Below are positions 41,401 to 53,557 of a stretch of 64,000 nt of DNA, one piece after another (position 1 is the first letter of the stretch; each line of letters starts with the position of its first letter). Origin of the DNA: Mytilus edulis. Taxonomy: Eukaryota. The position numbers and the translations under genes were made by a program. The stretch lies in assembly GCF_963676685.1 (NCBI RefSeq), contig NC_092350.1, positions 25,668,001 to 25,732,000 of the forward strand. The letters are read 5' to 3'. Under the pieces are notes generated by a model. That model made no database searches and was not told where the DNA came from. It saw only the letters and a list, made by a program, of their open reading frames with translations.

Positions 41401-43514
41401 TGGTATGAACTGGGTCACGGTTGTAAAGAGATTGAACAAATTAACCTTTCGACTTAATAAAAATAGGTTATTACGATCCTTTCACTTTAAATTTAATTGA
41501 TCTTTTGTTTTAAACTTTACCCCTTTAATATCGCTAAAACTTAATCACTTGAATATCTGATCCACTACAAATCAATCCCTTGAATGTCGCTGCAACTAAA
41601 ATTTTTGAATATCGTTTAAAATTGTAATTAAATTCCTTCTAACATTCTTTTTTAATCTTTCGACCTGATTAAAATAGGATATTATTTATGTCTTGAGTTT
41701 TTATTTATTACTTGAGTTTTTTTACAACTATTCCCTTGAATGCTGTTTAAAAATACAATTGATCTCGTTTTAACAACTGAATTTTTCGACGTGATAAAAA
41801 CAGGATATTTCGATCCTGAGAAAATGATTTACAACTTAATCCCTTGAATGTCTTTAAAATATCTTCATTTTAATCCGATATAACATACTATATACTTTTT
41901 TGATAAATGAGCTGACATGACAATCGATGTTTCTTTAAATCTTGCTTCTATTTGTATTTCGTTTCACAAATTGTGTACCGATATCCCCCCCCCCCCATAT
42001 GACTTATATCGTGATTTACATCAAAAAAATAAACAATAAGGGTATTTAAATCAAAGCGCTGTAAGCACTGTAGGCAGTTAGCCAAAAACCAAGGCAAACA
42101 TAATTATGAAAACTGTGGCAATGTTGCTTCAATTTTTTTTAAAGATTTAAAATAACAAACATTAAACATTCATATAGAATTGTACATTTATGTTCATTTA
42201 ATGAATTAATTATTAAGGCAAATAATTCATATTTTATCAAGGTTTTCAATAGCAACGTATATATCAAGTATATTTTTTTTCATGGTCACGAGTCTCGAGT
42301 CAGCAGTGGTACAAATTCGCAATGATTGCAGTTCTTCTAGTTGATCGTAATTGTTCGTATTAGTTGACTGTTAGTATTTCAAGTTGACTTTAGTACGAGC
42401 TTGTAAAAGGATGAATGGACTTGCTTCCCTGGAAAGATAACTGCGTTTGTGTTCTACAGTACAAAAGTTATGAGACACAAATCAGACAAATGTTTACTAC
42501 TACAGGGATCAATAGTGAGGTCTGACTGACATGTCCATAGTAAATGTAAATGACTCCCACCTTCAACCCATGTCCATGATGTCTAAGTTTGGAATAAAAT
42601 GATAGGTGTTAGATCTAGCAAAGTGATATGCATATGTGACGCCTATGAGATTGACCTTGTATGTCATTCAATCTTTTTGAAATGACAAACAGGAATGAAT
42701 ATGGTTTAGGAGTTGGTATCTCAATCTTTTACAAGTTCTCAAAACACACACAAGAGGGTGTGAGTGACCCTAGGGACTTCCCCTATTTTTCATTTGATTT
42801 TTAATATTGTCCCATACATGAATATATATATGGTTTAGGGGTGGGGACCCCAGTGACTTCCCCTATGGGGATCTCATTTGTTTCCAAGTTATCAAACAGG
42901 ATTGGGTAGGGTGACCCTAAGAACTCTCCCTATATTTCATTTGATTTGTTCTTTTGTCCCATACAAGAAACTGTATGGTTTAATTTAAGGTTAGGATCTC
43001 GACTGTTTCCAAGTTCTCAAACAACAGGAGGGGTTGGCCGCAGGGACTTCCCCTATATTTTATTTGAATTTACTTATTTTAAGACTACTGACGCAGTTGA
43101 CTACGTATTGACGACAAACAATATTCCTACGACTTTTGCCATTTGGGAAATCTAAACTACATGTCTTTAGAAATTTTCGGCGATTAAACATTTAATACAT
43201 TTGTTCCTTGACAGCTTAGCCAAAATCTCTTGGGATAATAAACTACATAAAGATTCCTTATGTGCCCTACTTCCTATGTACAACTTCAAAACTTTTGGAT
43301 AAAACGACGATCATTTAAGGTTTTTTTGATCATATTTTTTGTAATCAAGAATTAAAATTATGAACAAACTGTCCAATTAGTTATGAATAACATTAATATC
43401 CAGCTAGATAATAACAATGGCACATATTTCAGCATTTATTGGGTAGAACACAAATCTAGGGTGCTCGCATAAGGCAGCTTAACTGCCTAAAAAAACACAC
43501 TTTACAGTATCAGA

Positions 43515-44080
43515 GATGATTTCATCTTCCCAATTGTGAACTTTCCATTTCTACGTAGCAAATTTCTAGCAGCACCTGCATATTGAGTTTTTTCTGCCGG
43601 ATATTCCAAAGCTTGCACTTCCTTTCATGACTTCCTGGATAGAGCCACTTAAAAGAAGCTACTGAACCCAGTAATTCAAGTGGTGAAGTTGAAATCATTT
43701 CTTCGAAAATTTTACGACAGCCACCAATTATTGGTTGACCGTAGGGGAATATTACATGCGACGACGGATATGTTCGATATTTTGCAACCACAATCCCGTC
43801 CTGTTTTCTAGAATCTGGCCTACTGAATCACTTATCACAGGGGTACTTCTTAGCTGAAAATCAAGACGGATGCCACAAGGGGAGTAGGATCTGTTTATTC
43901 TTCTTGAGATCACCTCGAGAGGTCCGTGTTGGTAAGTCTTTATTTTTCTATGTTGTGTTTTGCTTACAATTGTACAATTGTTCGTCTTTCGTTGTTTTTA
44001 ATGTTTTGCCATGGCATTATCTGTTTGTTTTCGACTTACGAGTTTTGATATCCCTTTTGTTTCTTTCGTCCCCCTATAGA
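43515..44080 (+). mobile_element. Old Naiad-type 3' fragment
   Basis: GATGATTTCATCTTCCCAATTGTGAACTTTCCATTTCTA matches 21483 onward, followed by the same 3' UTR; similar fragments at ~35535-35810, 39850-40055 (-) and 3320-3660. Confidence 0.75.
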
Positions 44081-44412
44081 AATTTTTAATATTTTCAAGT
44101 AAATGTTTGCACTGCTTTTGGCCCCTAAAATTGCGGTCTGTTGTTTGTAAATGTGTAGTTTCCCAATCTCAATGTCTAGAATACAATTTTTTTATGGTTG
44201 CATTAGAGATAAAATTGAGAATGGAAATAAAGAATGTGTCAAAGATACAACAACCCGATCAAAGAGCAGAAAACAACAATGGGTCTTCAATGCGGCGAGA
44301 AACTCCAGCACCCGGAGGCATGCTTCAGCTTACCCCTAAACAAAAATGTATACTAGTTCAGTGATAATGGACGCCATACTAAACTCTGAAATAAATAAAA
44401 GAAACTAAAATT

Positions 44413-45350
44413 AACAAGAGGCTGTCACAACGACAGCAAACCGGATTTATTAATATTTATTTGTGTCCTGGCAATATCACAAGAACCATTACTGATGAAT
44501 GGTGAAAGTGAAAATCGTCAATATCAAATTTGACCTCCATTTTGTCATCAGTAACAACATATAAAAATTTCAAAAGCTTTGGTTGAATGGTTCATGAGAA
44601 AATGCACGGACACGACTGGAAACACCATTTTTCAATCTTTCAAGAACCATAACTCCTGAACGGTAAAAGTCAAAATCGTCATTATTGAACTTGACCTCTA
44701 TTTTGTCATCAGTAACAATATATTAAAATTTTGGAAGTTTTGGTAAAACAGATCATGCGTAAATGCACGGACACGACTGGAAACACCATTTTTCAATCTT
44801 TCAAGGACCATAACTCCTGAACGGTAAAAGTCAAAATCGTCATTATTATACTTGACCTCCATTTTGTCATCAGTAACAACATATTAAAATTTGGGAAGCT
44901 AAGGTAGAACAGTTCATGCGTAAATGCACGGACACGACTGGAAACTCCATTTTTCAATCTTTCAAGAACCATAACTCCTGAACGGTAAAAGTCAAAATCG
45001 TCATTATTGAACTTGACCTCCATTTTGTCATCAATAACAACATATTAAAATTTGGGAAGCTTAGGTAGAACAGTTCATGCGTAAATGCACGGACACGACT
45101 GGAAACTCCATTTTTCAATCTTTCAAGAACCATAACTCCTGAACGGTAAAAGTCAAAATCGCCATTCTTGAACTTGACCTTCATTTAGTTGTCAGTAACA
45201 ACATATTAAAATTTTAAAAGCTTTGGTTGAACGGTTCATGAGTTAATGCACGGACAACATTTGACAAAATGTTTGATTGCCGCCCGCCCGCCCGCCGTAC
45301 ATCCCCAAAATCAATAACCGACATTTTTTTCACAAAAATCCGGTTAAAAA
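44413..45350 (+). mobile_element. Helentron/HINE-type element with an internal 161-bp tandem array
   Basis: Starts AACAAGAG; subterminal inverted AACCGGATTT / AAATCCGGTT; ~4.5 copies of a 161-bp unit; (CGCC)n microsatellite; the empty site is visible in the sister repeat at ~46520. Confidence 0.8.
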
Positions 45351-45499
45351 TCATACAAGACTAACAAAGGCCAGCGGCTCCTGACTAGGGACAGGCGCAA
45401 TAATGCGACTGGGTTAAACATGTTTTTTTTAGATCTCAACCCTCCCCTTATACCTCTAGCCAATGTAGAAAAACAAACACACAACAAAACACACAGTTA

Positions 45500-45756
45500 C
45501 AGCCGATTGCATTAAATGTGTAGGAAAAGGTAGTATCTTTGGTTAGCTTGCTTGCTAGCTGAACCTTGAAGTCATTACTATCCTTCTTTCGAAGTAGCCT
45601 ATTCCTAAAGACAGATATATTGGTTATCTGTTGGACTAGTCTACTCTTAAAGGAGGGTAGCTTACCTAACCTTATAATGACTTCATGGTTTCGCTAGCAA
45701 GCAAGCAAGCTAACCAAAGTTAATACCTTTACCTACACACTCAATGCAATCGGCCG
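45500..45756. mobile_element. 257-bp fold-back MITE with TA target duplication (Tc1/mariner-type)
   Basis: Arms CAGCCGATTGCATTAAATGTGTAGG / CCTACACACTCAATGCAATCGGCCG, pairing continues toward the centre; TA at 45498 and 45757; empty site GTTAAACTC at ~46671. Confidence 0.85.
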
Positions 45757-47577
45757 TAAACTCAATTTAAAAGAAGTCCGAGTCCGATGTCAGAATAGAA
45801 CAAAAGAAACTAAACAAAATGACAATGATACATAAATTAACAAAGGGATACTAGCAGTAGTTATTGACATGCCAGCTTCATGTCTCATTTACACTGATTG
45901 AAATATTATGTCTTCATCATATCAAGCACAATCACTTCCGTTATGGGTTTAGTATTATACCATCATAACATATAAGAGAAGAACAAAACGCATATCATGC
46001 CAACAACTAATTTTAGAATAAATGTGTTTATTTCTGATGCAAAGACCCTATAGATGAATCAATATTAAAGCCAAAATATCCTATCTTTAATGGCCTAACT
46101 ACAGTATCGTAACTATATCTCTTCTTAATAAGCCTGTAGAGGTCGTTCGATTTATACGTTTACGTATACGCATCTGGGAGAATATGCTCAAATAATTTCC
46201 GTGATCGAGATTGATACCCCATGTAACATTTTGAAAGAATAACGGGAATCAAACTTCGGGGCACTAATCAATTTACATCTGTGTACTTCTGAATGCCTAA
46301 TTTCAACTTAATATATAAAATTTAGAAAGGGAATGGGTGATGTGTCAAAGCGACAACAACCCGACCATAGAGCAGACAACAGCCGAAGTCCTCCAATGGG
46401 TCTTCAATGTAGCGAGAAACTCCCGCACCCGGAGGCGTCCTTCAGCTAGCCCCTTAAAAAATATGTATACTAGTTCAGTGATAATGGATGTCATACTAAA
46501 CTCCGAATTATACACAAGAAACTAAAATTAAAATGCATACAAGACTTACAAATGCCAGAGGCTCCTGACTTGGGACTGGCGCAAACATGCGGCGTGGTTT
46601 TTTTTAGATTTCACACCTCCCCTATACCTCTAGCCAATGTAGAAAAAACAAACACACAACTATACGCAAGGTTAAACTCAGTTTAAAAAAAGTCCGAGTC
46701 CGATGTCAGAATAGGTAACAAAAGAAACTAAACAAAATGACAATGATATATAAATCAACAAAGGGCTACTAGCAGTTATTGACATGCCAGCTCCAAACCT
46801 CTGGTTATAGAATAAATGTGTTTATTTCCGATGCAAGGACCCTATAAATGAATCAATATTAAAGCCAAAGTAAAGCATCTGGGAGAATATGCTCAAATAA
46901 TTTCCCTGATCGAGATTAATACCCCATGTACCATTTTTAAAGAAAAACGGGAATCAAACTTCGGGGCACTAATTAATTTACATCTGTGTACTTCTGAATG
47001 CCTAATTTTAACTTATAATATATAATACATAACTTATTGATATTTAGCATTGAAATAACAAAAGGGTACATAAGCCTTAAGTCTATGTTGCATATGAAAG
47101 ATCTTTATTTGAGCTGCGTCGGATAGAAATCGACATAATGCAAGTGCACTCATACATGTACATGTATAAGTGATTGATTGCATTTGTAATATTCTATTAC
47201 AAAAGAACAGATGAATTTTGGTCTGTTATGTAGGGTTCGTATATCAGCTAAATTTTCTAATAGTTACAGACTTTGCATAGATGTTTTATTCAACACAAAA
47301 TAAGTTAACAGATGTTCTGATTTTCATTGGCATATTAAGGTCGATTTCTAAGCGACGCAGCTCATTTCATTGGGAACTACAACAATTAAACACTGGGTTT
47401 TTTTCCAGATTGGTAATAATTTTGTTTTACAAAAAAAGGGAGGGGGTATCACTTACGAGTAGTACGACATATGACATTGATCCAAATTAATCAAATAGTT
47501 CACCGATTATATTCGTTTTAGATGATAATTTTAGCATATTTCCCTAGTTGCATATCGGATACTTTGGGTACGTTTTA

Positions 47578-47755
47578 CAATGACGGACCCAGGGGTGTGG
47601 ATTCCGGGCGTTGGAATTCCCCCTTTTTTGGGACGATCAATGCATTTGAATGGGGGACACATACTTGGAACACCGACCCCACCCCCTTTACCTGGGTTTG
47701 GAACAACAGCCCCCTCCCCCCACCCCCTAATAGAAAATGGCTGGATCAGCCCCTG
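47578..47755. mobile_element. hAT-like MITE, degenerate
   Basis: Ends CAATGACGGACCCAG / CTGGATCAGCCCCTG with G-rich left and C-rich right interior; no target duplication seen. Confidence 0.45.
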
Positions 47756-48247
47756 TTTTGATCTCTATATGAATACATTGAAAATGAGTTAAAATCTTCT
47801 AATGTATAATTGGGCTTTAAATGTGGTTTTGTTATATTAAAGATAACCATCAAAATTATAAAATTTAAACTTTCTAAACAAAACAAATATTATCACCTGC
47901 TACGAAATACCTCGATGATCACTTGTGTATGGCACTACAACCAAACATTTTCATTTTTTAGGTACGTTCACAAATACAATGACATATATATAAACAACAA
48001 TAGTGAATGGGTCACGCTCAATATAGAACACCATATTTATGATCAACATTTAGTAAATGGTTCGATGTCGGCTAGACAGATAAATAGGTCAATTAAATAC
48101 CTATAGTTTGAATTCCTTCTTTGGCGTTTCACCTGACTGTTGGCAGGTAAGTTATGCATACTAGTTTTTAATTTGGTGGAATGTTAATGAATTGCTTTTG
48201 TTTTCTGCTGATGTCAAAATCTAGGATGATAAATTGGATATGTATCA

Positions 48248-48925
48248 GATACAATACAAAGGTAACAAAGAAACAGGCCGGTACATTTAACAACCGTTGC
48301 CGGATAGTTTTTCTGCATGCACGAGTAGTCAGGTCAAGGTCCGATGCGCTAGCCGAGGACCATGACCTGACTACAAGTGCAGAAAAACTATACGGCAGGT
48401 TGTTTCCGGCCTGGTTTTTTTTGTTACTTTTGTTTTGTATCTTCTTTGTACGACGTTTTAAGGAAGAAGTATTACATTTTACAAGACTGAACATTTGAGA
48501 GCCTCAGAAACTTAAATGGCCTCAAATCAGTGAATGTAAGTTATAGAATAAACACATTTTTTTCATTTTCCTTCAACGGATTTTTTTTTCTGGAAAAGAA
48601 ATCAGGAATCTAATAATTTGATAAAAACAATAGAACCATTTCAAGTATAAGATAAATGTTATCAAGGTTGAGACTTTTTTAAAATGCAACTTCGTTGAAA
48701 TGTAATATATTAAAGAAATATTTTAGCCCAAAATTGAGGCCTGACATAAGTTGAACGTTGTTTTTCAAGAGTTGTTGCTTATTTGGACATGTAATACACA
48801 AACACTTTTTATCTATAGTATCAATCGTGCATTGGTGAGTTGCTAGGGATTTTATCTTTTGGTGAGATTTGATTTTTATTTACATATTTCCTGTCCTTTT
48901 TAATTGAAATATAAACGTCGGTACA
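48248..48925 (+). mobile_element. Hairpin-capped non-autonomous element (Crypton-like architecture)
   Basis: Hairpin 48248-48441 with loop CGATGCGCTAGCCGAG; imperfect inverted pair TGTACGACGTTTTA (48447) / TAAACGTCGGTACA (48912). Confidence 0.55.
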
Positions 48926-51900
48926 TCATTTCTTCACTTTCAGCATTATCCAAAATTACTATTCATGTCCATGCTCCATAAAAAGGGGGAGGGGTATGTA
49001 CTTTTCTGAATATATTAACTATTTACCTTTACAACACCATCACCATATATATATATATATATATATATTTATTTTTTTTAAATTAGCACTATTTTATATA
49101 TATATACGGTATTCGAAAAATCAGGAATCATGCAGATCATTAATTTGTTATCTGCTTGACCACAGTAAATTTTTTCTCATACAATTTGGGATCAAAATAT
49201 CTTTTTTATTAGGAGAAAAACATACCCCCCCCCCTTTTTTCGTACAAATTCCATTTACACACAATCATGCGTCTTTCTTAAATCTAGGTTTGTCGTCATC
49301 TTTTAACAAATATCGCCGTATTTACTCAGTGAGTACATACAACCCTGTACACATTGTTAAGTTTTCAGACATGACAGGAACCATGTACAATATTAAATTT
49401 AAAACGCATTTTTAGATTGAAATTTTTTAACATTTTGATGAATTTTTAGATTATTTTTTTATTGTTGGTTCGTTCCCACAGAATGCCAAACAACGAGTGC
49501 ACACACTGAAATGTCTCAACTTCTTTAACCATTGAGTCTATGTTGATAGTCCTTAATATAAAGCTTAATACAACTATTACATAAACTTAACATGATCCAA
49601 AAAAATGAGGTGAAGGTCAGATAAATCAAACTAGAAATACATCTACAACATGTACAAGGTATATATATACAATAGTGTCAAGAATCCAGATCATCTACTT
49701 CCTGAAATATATAGCATTTAAGAAGTTTGTTAACGCCACCGCCGTCGCCTCAATACCCATATTTATGTCGAACAGAAGTTGCATGCTCAACAAAAATCCA
49801 AGTTTAGAAAAATGAGAAGTTCTTACTGAGTAATAATAACAGTGAGTTGTATCGATTTACAATAGATGTCTGACCACATAACATAATATAACACAAACGA
49901 CTATATAAGGTGATTTAAACATAAAGTTCGGGTGTTGTGTTTGGCACTCTTGTGGAAACGACAAAAAAGAATCTCAAAATCAAGGTTAGTTTTCAGTCTA
50001 CTGAAACATAAAAAGACATTTTGATTCCTGCCATCCCTTAAAACTTGACCAGGCGCACAGGTATTTTTGTACTCACGAGAAAACTAATTGGCCGTGTAAA
50101 CACTGCCATATTTTTTAATTTATGTTCTAATTCCTTCTGAGTTAGAGGGACTCGCTTATTAGCAGATTGAAAATAGTTTATCATTGTTTTTTAAATCTTT
50201 TTTTTTTTTGTTGCATTTCCTGTCTATTTGTATAATCAACGTTTTAATTTCATTGTTGTCTGGCAATCAAAAAAAATGATACCAAAAATGCGAAATTTGA
50301 AAAACATTGATAAGCAATATTTCAATCTTCTTACCGAGTCCTTGTGCCTCAAAGAAATATATAATAATATGTACATGTAATACAATTTAATCATTGTGTT
50401 GACAGTGTATTCATATTATCATAAACGGAAGGATTATTTGGATAATTAATCATTACATTCGGGTACTTCAGTTTGTGCGATTATTATCTGCCATTTGTTT
50501 GGTAAGTAATCGGTATATAGAATGAATATTTTTTTTAAATCTAGTTATGCATGGTTTTCGTTTTGTGGGGGAGTAGGGTGTCTTATATTTTCGGTGTTTG
50601 GTGGCTGAATATTGTCTACAATCGCGTCGCTGTGAGCTCAGGCTGTGAGATGTATTTCAATCTCTTTATATAAAAAATAGAAGTTGTTGTATGATTGCCA
50701 ATGAGACAACTCTCCACAAGAGACCAAATGACACAGAAGTTAACAGTCATACTAGGTCACCGTACGGTCTGTATTTCTTGAGTACACACAGCATAGTGCA
50801 GCTAGGTGAACATTGGATCTTTGATCAAATGTTTTATATTATTCATATACCAAGGTCGATGAGTTATTAATTTAAAAAAAACATATACTGGGACTAATTG
50901 TTTACATCTATCCTATATCTGTTTAATAACTAGTATACTTGTCTGGGTCGTAAATTAGAACTTGGTTAATATGATGCCTACACGCCTCTACATAATATAA
51001 CTGATAAACCATCCATTCTAAAATTGTGTACAAAGGGAGATAGATCAAATGAAGATATTGTCGACATTTCTTTCTTTCCTTAATACAATGTAATGTTTGA
51101 CTTAGATTCAGAGCAAAAATGGTGTGATATGGCCTTGCGAGTACTTGTATTTTCAATTGGGACCATATTTGGCTGCTTGTGAATCATTTTTGCAACAGGG
51201 GATTGATACTCTTATCGTTCATGCATGGATATTGTACCTGTATTTCCCACTTCTGTATAAAGATTCCTTTCGGCTATTGTGTATCTAGGTACAAATGTCA
51301 TGAAAAGCCATGTGACGATTCTGGTAACGTTAATTATCTTACATGTGTTACAAAAACATCGGGTTTTGCGTGTGTTATAACAACAGAATAGCCATAGTCA
51401 TATTTCTGCCGGAAAAGTAACCGCTTATTTGCCCTGTTCTCATTGACGACCAAAGTGTTCCTAACAGCGGGCGGGAAACTCATTTTGTCAACGTCGACCA
51501 AAATGACACAGCGGGACAATTATAGAATCGGTGACATTAAAATATGGTATTCCATGACTATTATAGTTTAGAATTGTTGAGGAGCTTCGTATTAATGAAA
51601 ATATCACTGTGGAGGAATGGAACAAGTATATCACTACACATTTCTTCAATTTTCTCACGCTTTAGATCACCTTGCCTGGAGGTCTTGCATAAAATCTTTT
51701 GTCATTCTTTTGCGTCCACCGCCTGTAAACTTTTCCCTTTAAAGACCAAACAGCCTATTGTTTTAAATGCTCATCAGCTAACGCAACTTGGTAGTGACAT
51801 AAAAGCTCTATGACGTTGTTTCTAGCAATGAAAAAACGTCAAATTATAACGTCCTATTTCGCGTTTTTCACGGATTCCAACATGGTGTACGCTACGTAGG

Positions 51901-53557
51901 TACGCTACGTCTCCCAAGAAAAGAGGAACTATTATGCGTCGCGCTACTTTAATATCCTGTGGAGATTTAACACAAATGGACACATAAGATACTACACTAT
52001 ATATTACCTTCGTTCTAATAAAAATAATAAAATATAAATTTTTATCTCGACTTTTTGCATTTGCGCCGTTCTGCATTTCATTTTTTTTTTTATTCTTTCA
52101 CATGCGTAGATTTTGTCTTATATTTGCGTCGATCTGCATTTTATTTTTTCTTCTTCTTCACTTGCGTAGATTTTGTCTTTCGTTTGCGCCGATTGTGTAC
52201 AGGTAAGGTGAAAGGGGTTAGAAATGAATAGGCTGTTTGGTCTTTAAAATATCCTCCCAAACTGCTCAATGGGTTGAAACCAACGTGTGTCTGCTTTTTC
52301 CGTAGGATCTCAACAATAAAGTTTGTGTTTTTTGTCAAAGTTGATCAATAACATTGCTGTCTTGTCTACAGAATATAGGGGTCGAACTAAAGTCTGGTCG
52401 AAAATCTCTAAAATTAGATTAATGGTGTATGGAATGATTGTAAGGGTGTAAATATCCAAATGGCACGTGCCATCTTACCTTGACCTCCTTTTCGTGGTTC
52501 GGTGGTGAAAGTTTAGTTTTGGTGTTTCGGTCTGTTTTTCTGATTCCGTATGCAATTATAACTATATTTGGTGTATCAAAATATTTTACGATGTATGTGC
52601 AAGTCTAGCAGGTTTTATTTGACCTTCACCTTATTTTCAAGGTTCATTGTTCAATGTTATTTTTTTGTATTTTGATCCATTTTTCCTAAAGTATAAGGTC
52701 ATGTAAGTATGGGTCAGCTATATTTGGTGTATTCTGGCTTGCTTTATATGACCTTGGTCTCATTTTCTTGGATCGTGTTGATTTTATATGATACTTGTAG
52801 TAAAACTTTGCATTTTGGAACTATCAACGATCAATGGTCAGTACATCAGGCGAGACATATCAACGTGTGCTCTCTTGTTTTAGTTTTTAAAGTGAGACAC
52901 ACAAAGCAGTTGAAATATTCATTCGTTGGTAGTTTGGTGGAATTGTGCTTGATTTTCATATGTTGAAGAAATTATCTTTTAAACAGTTTAATTGAGGTCC
53001 GCATGTGACATGTCAGTAACTGCTAGTAATCCATTGTTAAATTGTGTATTATTGTCATTTTCTTACGTTAACTATTCTGTTATCAGACTGAATTTTACTG
53101 TGAGTACTGTTGTGTGTTTGTTTATTCTACATTGGCTCGAGGTATAGAGGGCGGGTTTAAATCTCACAAAACACGCTCAACCCAGACGCAATTGTTTTGC
53201 CTTTCCCAAGTCAGGAGCATCTGTTAATCTTTTTTTATTTATTGTTTTTGGAGTTTTAGTGGGACGCTCATTTTTACTGAGCTAGTACACAGTTTTCTTT
53301 AGGTGTCAGACAAACCCCGCCTCCAGACGTGGGATTTTCTTGCTGTGTTGAAGCCCGGTTGTTGGACTTCTGCTGTTATCTGCTCTTTGGTCGGGTTGTT
53401 GTCTCTTTGACACATTCACCATTTTCATATTCAATTGCATTGTTATAATTATTTGTTCGTCTTGTCTTGTGATTCAAACTCCCTTGAGCCTCTAGTTTTC
53501 TTATTTCAGCGAACTTGCTTGTCATTGACACTTTAAACTACACAGACACTAAAAAAA

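Larger units (their letters stand above)
36912..41896. mobile_element. Decayed Polinton/Maverick (adintovirus-like) endogenous element
   Basis: Clustered remnants of capsid, ATPase, small membrane protein and pPolB genes; higher GC/CpG than the flanks; no introns; boundaries approximate. Confidence 0.85.
44205..47025 (-). repeat. Two head-to-tail copies of an interspersed repeat (probable retroelement 3' UTR); the first is interrupted by two insertions
   Basis: 44210-46315 and 46318-47022 are colinear, including a shared ~145-bp block at 46170 and 46875; inverse copy at ~52930-53440. Confidence 0.8.

Noticed and set aside
44488-44512. CTGATGA..GAAA as a hammerhead core (also CTGATGA at 19351)
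   Set aside because: No supporting stems; the 19351 match lies in RT coding sequence
44793-45184. Two near-identical 76-aa ORFs as duplicated genes
   Set aside because: They are translations of the 161-bp tandem unit
48168-48498. Overlapping ~105-aa ORFs on both strands
   Set aside because: By-product of a palindromic element; no recognisable domain
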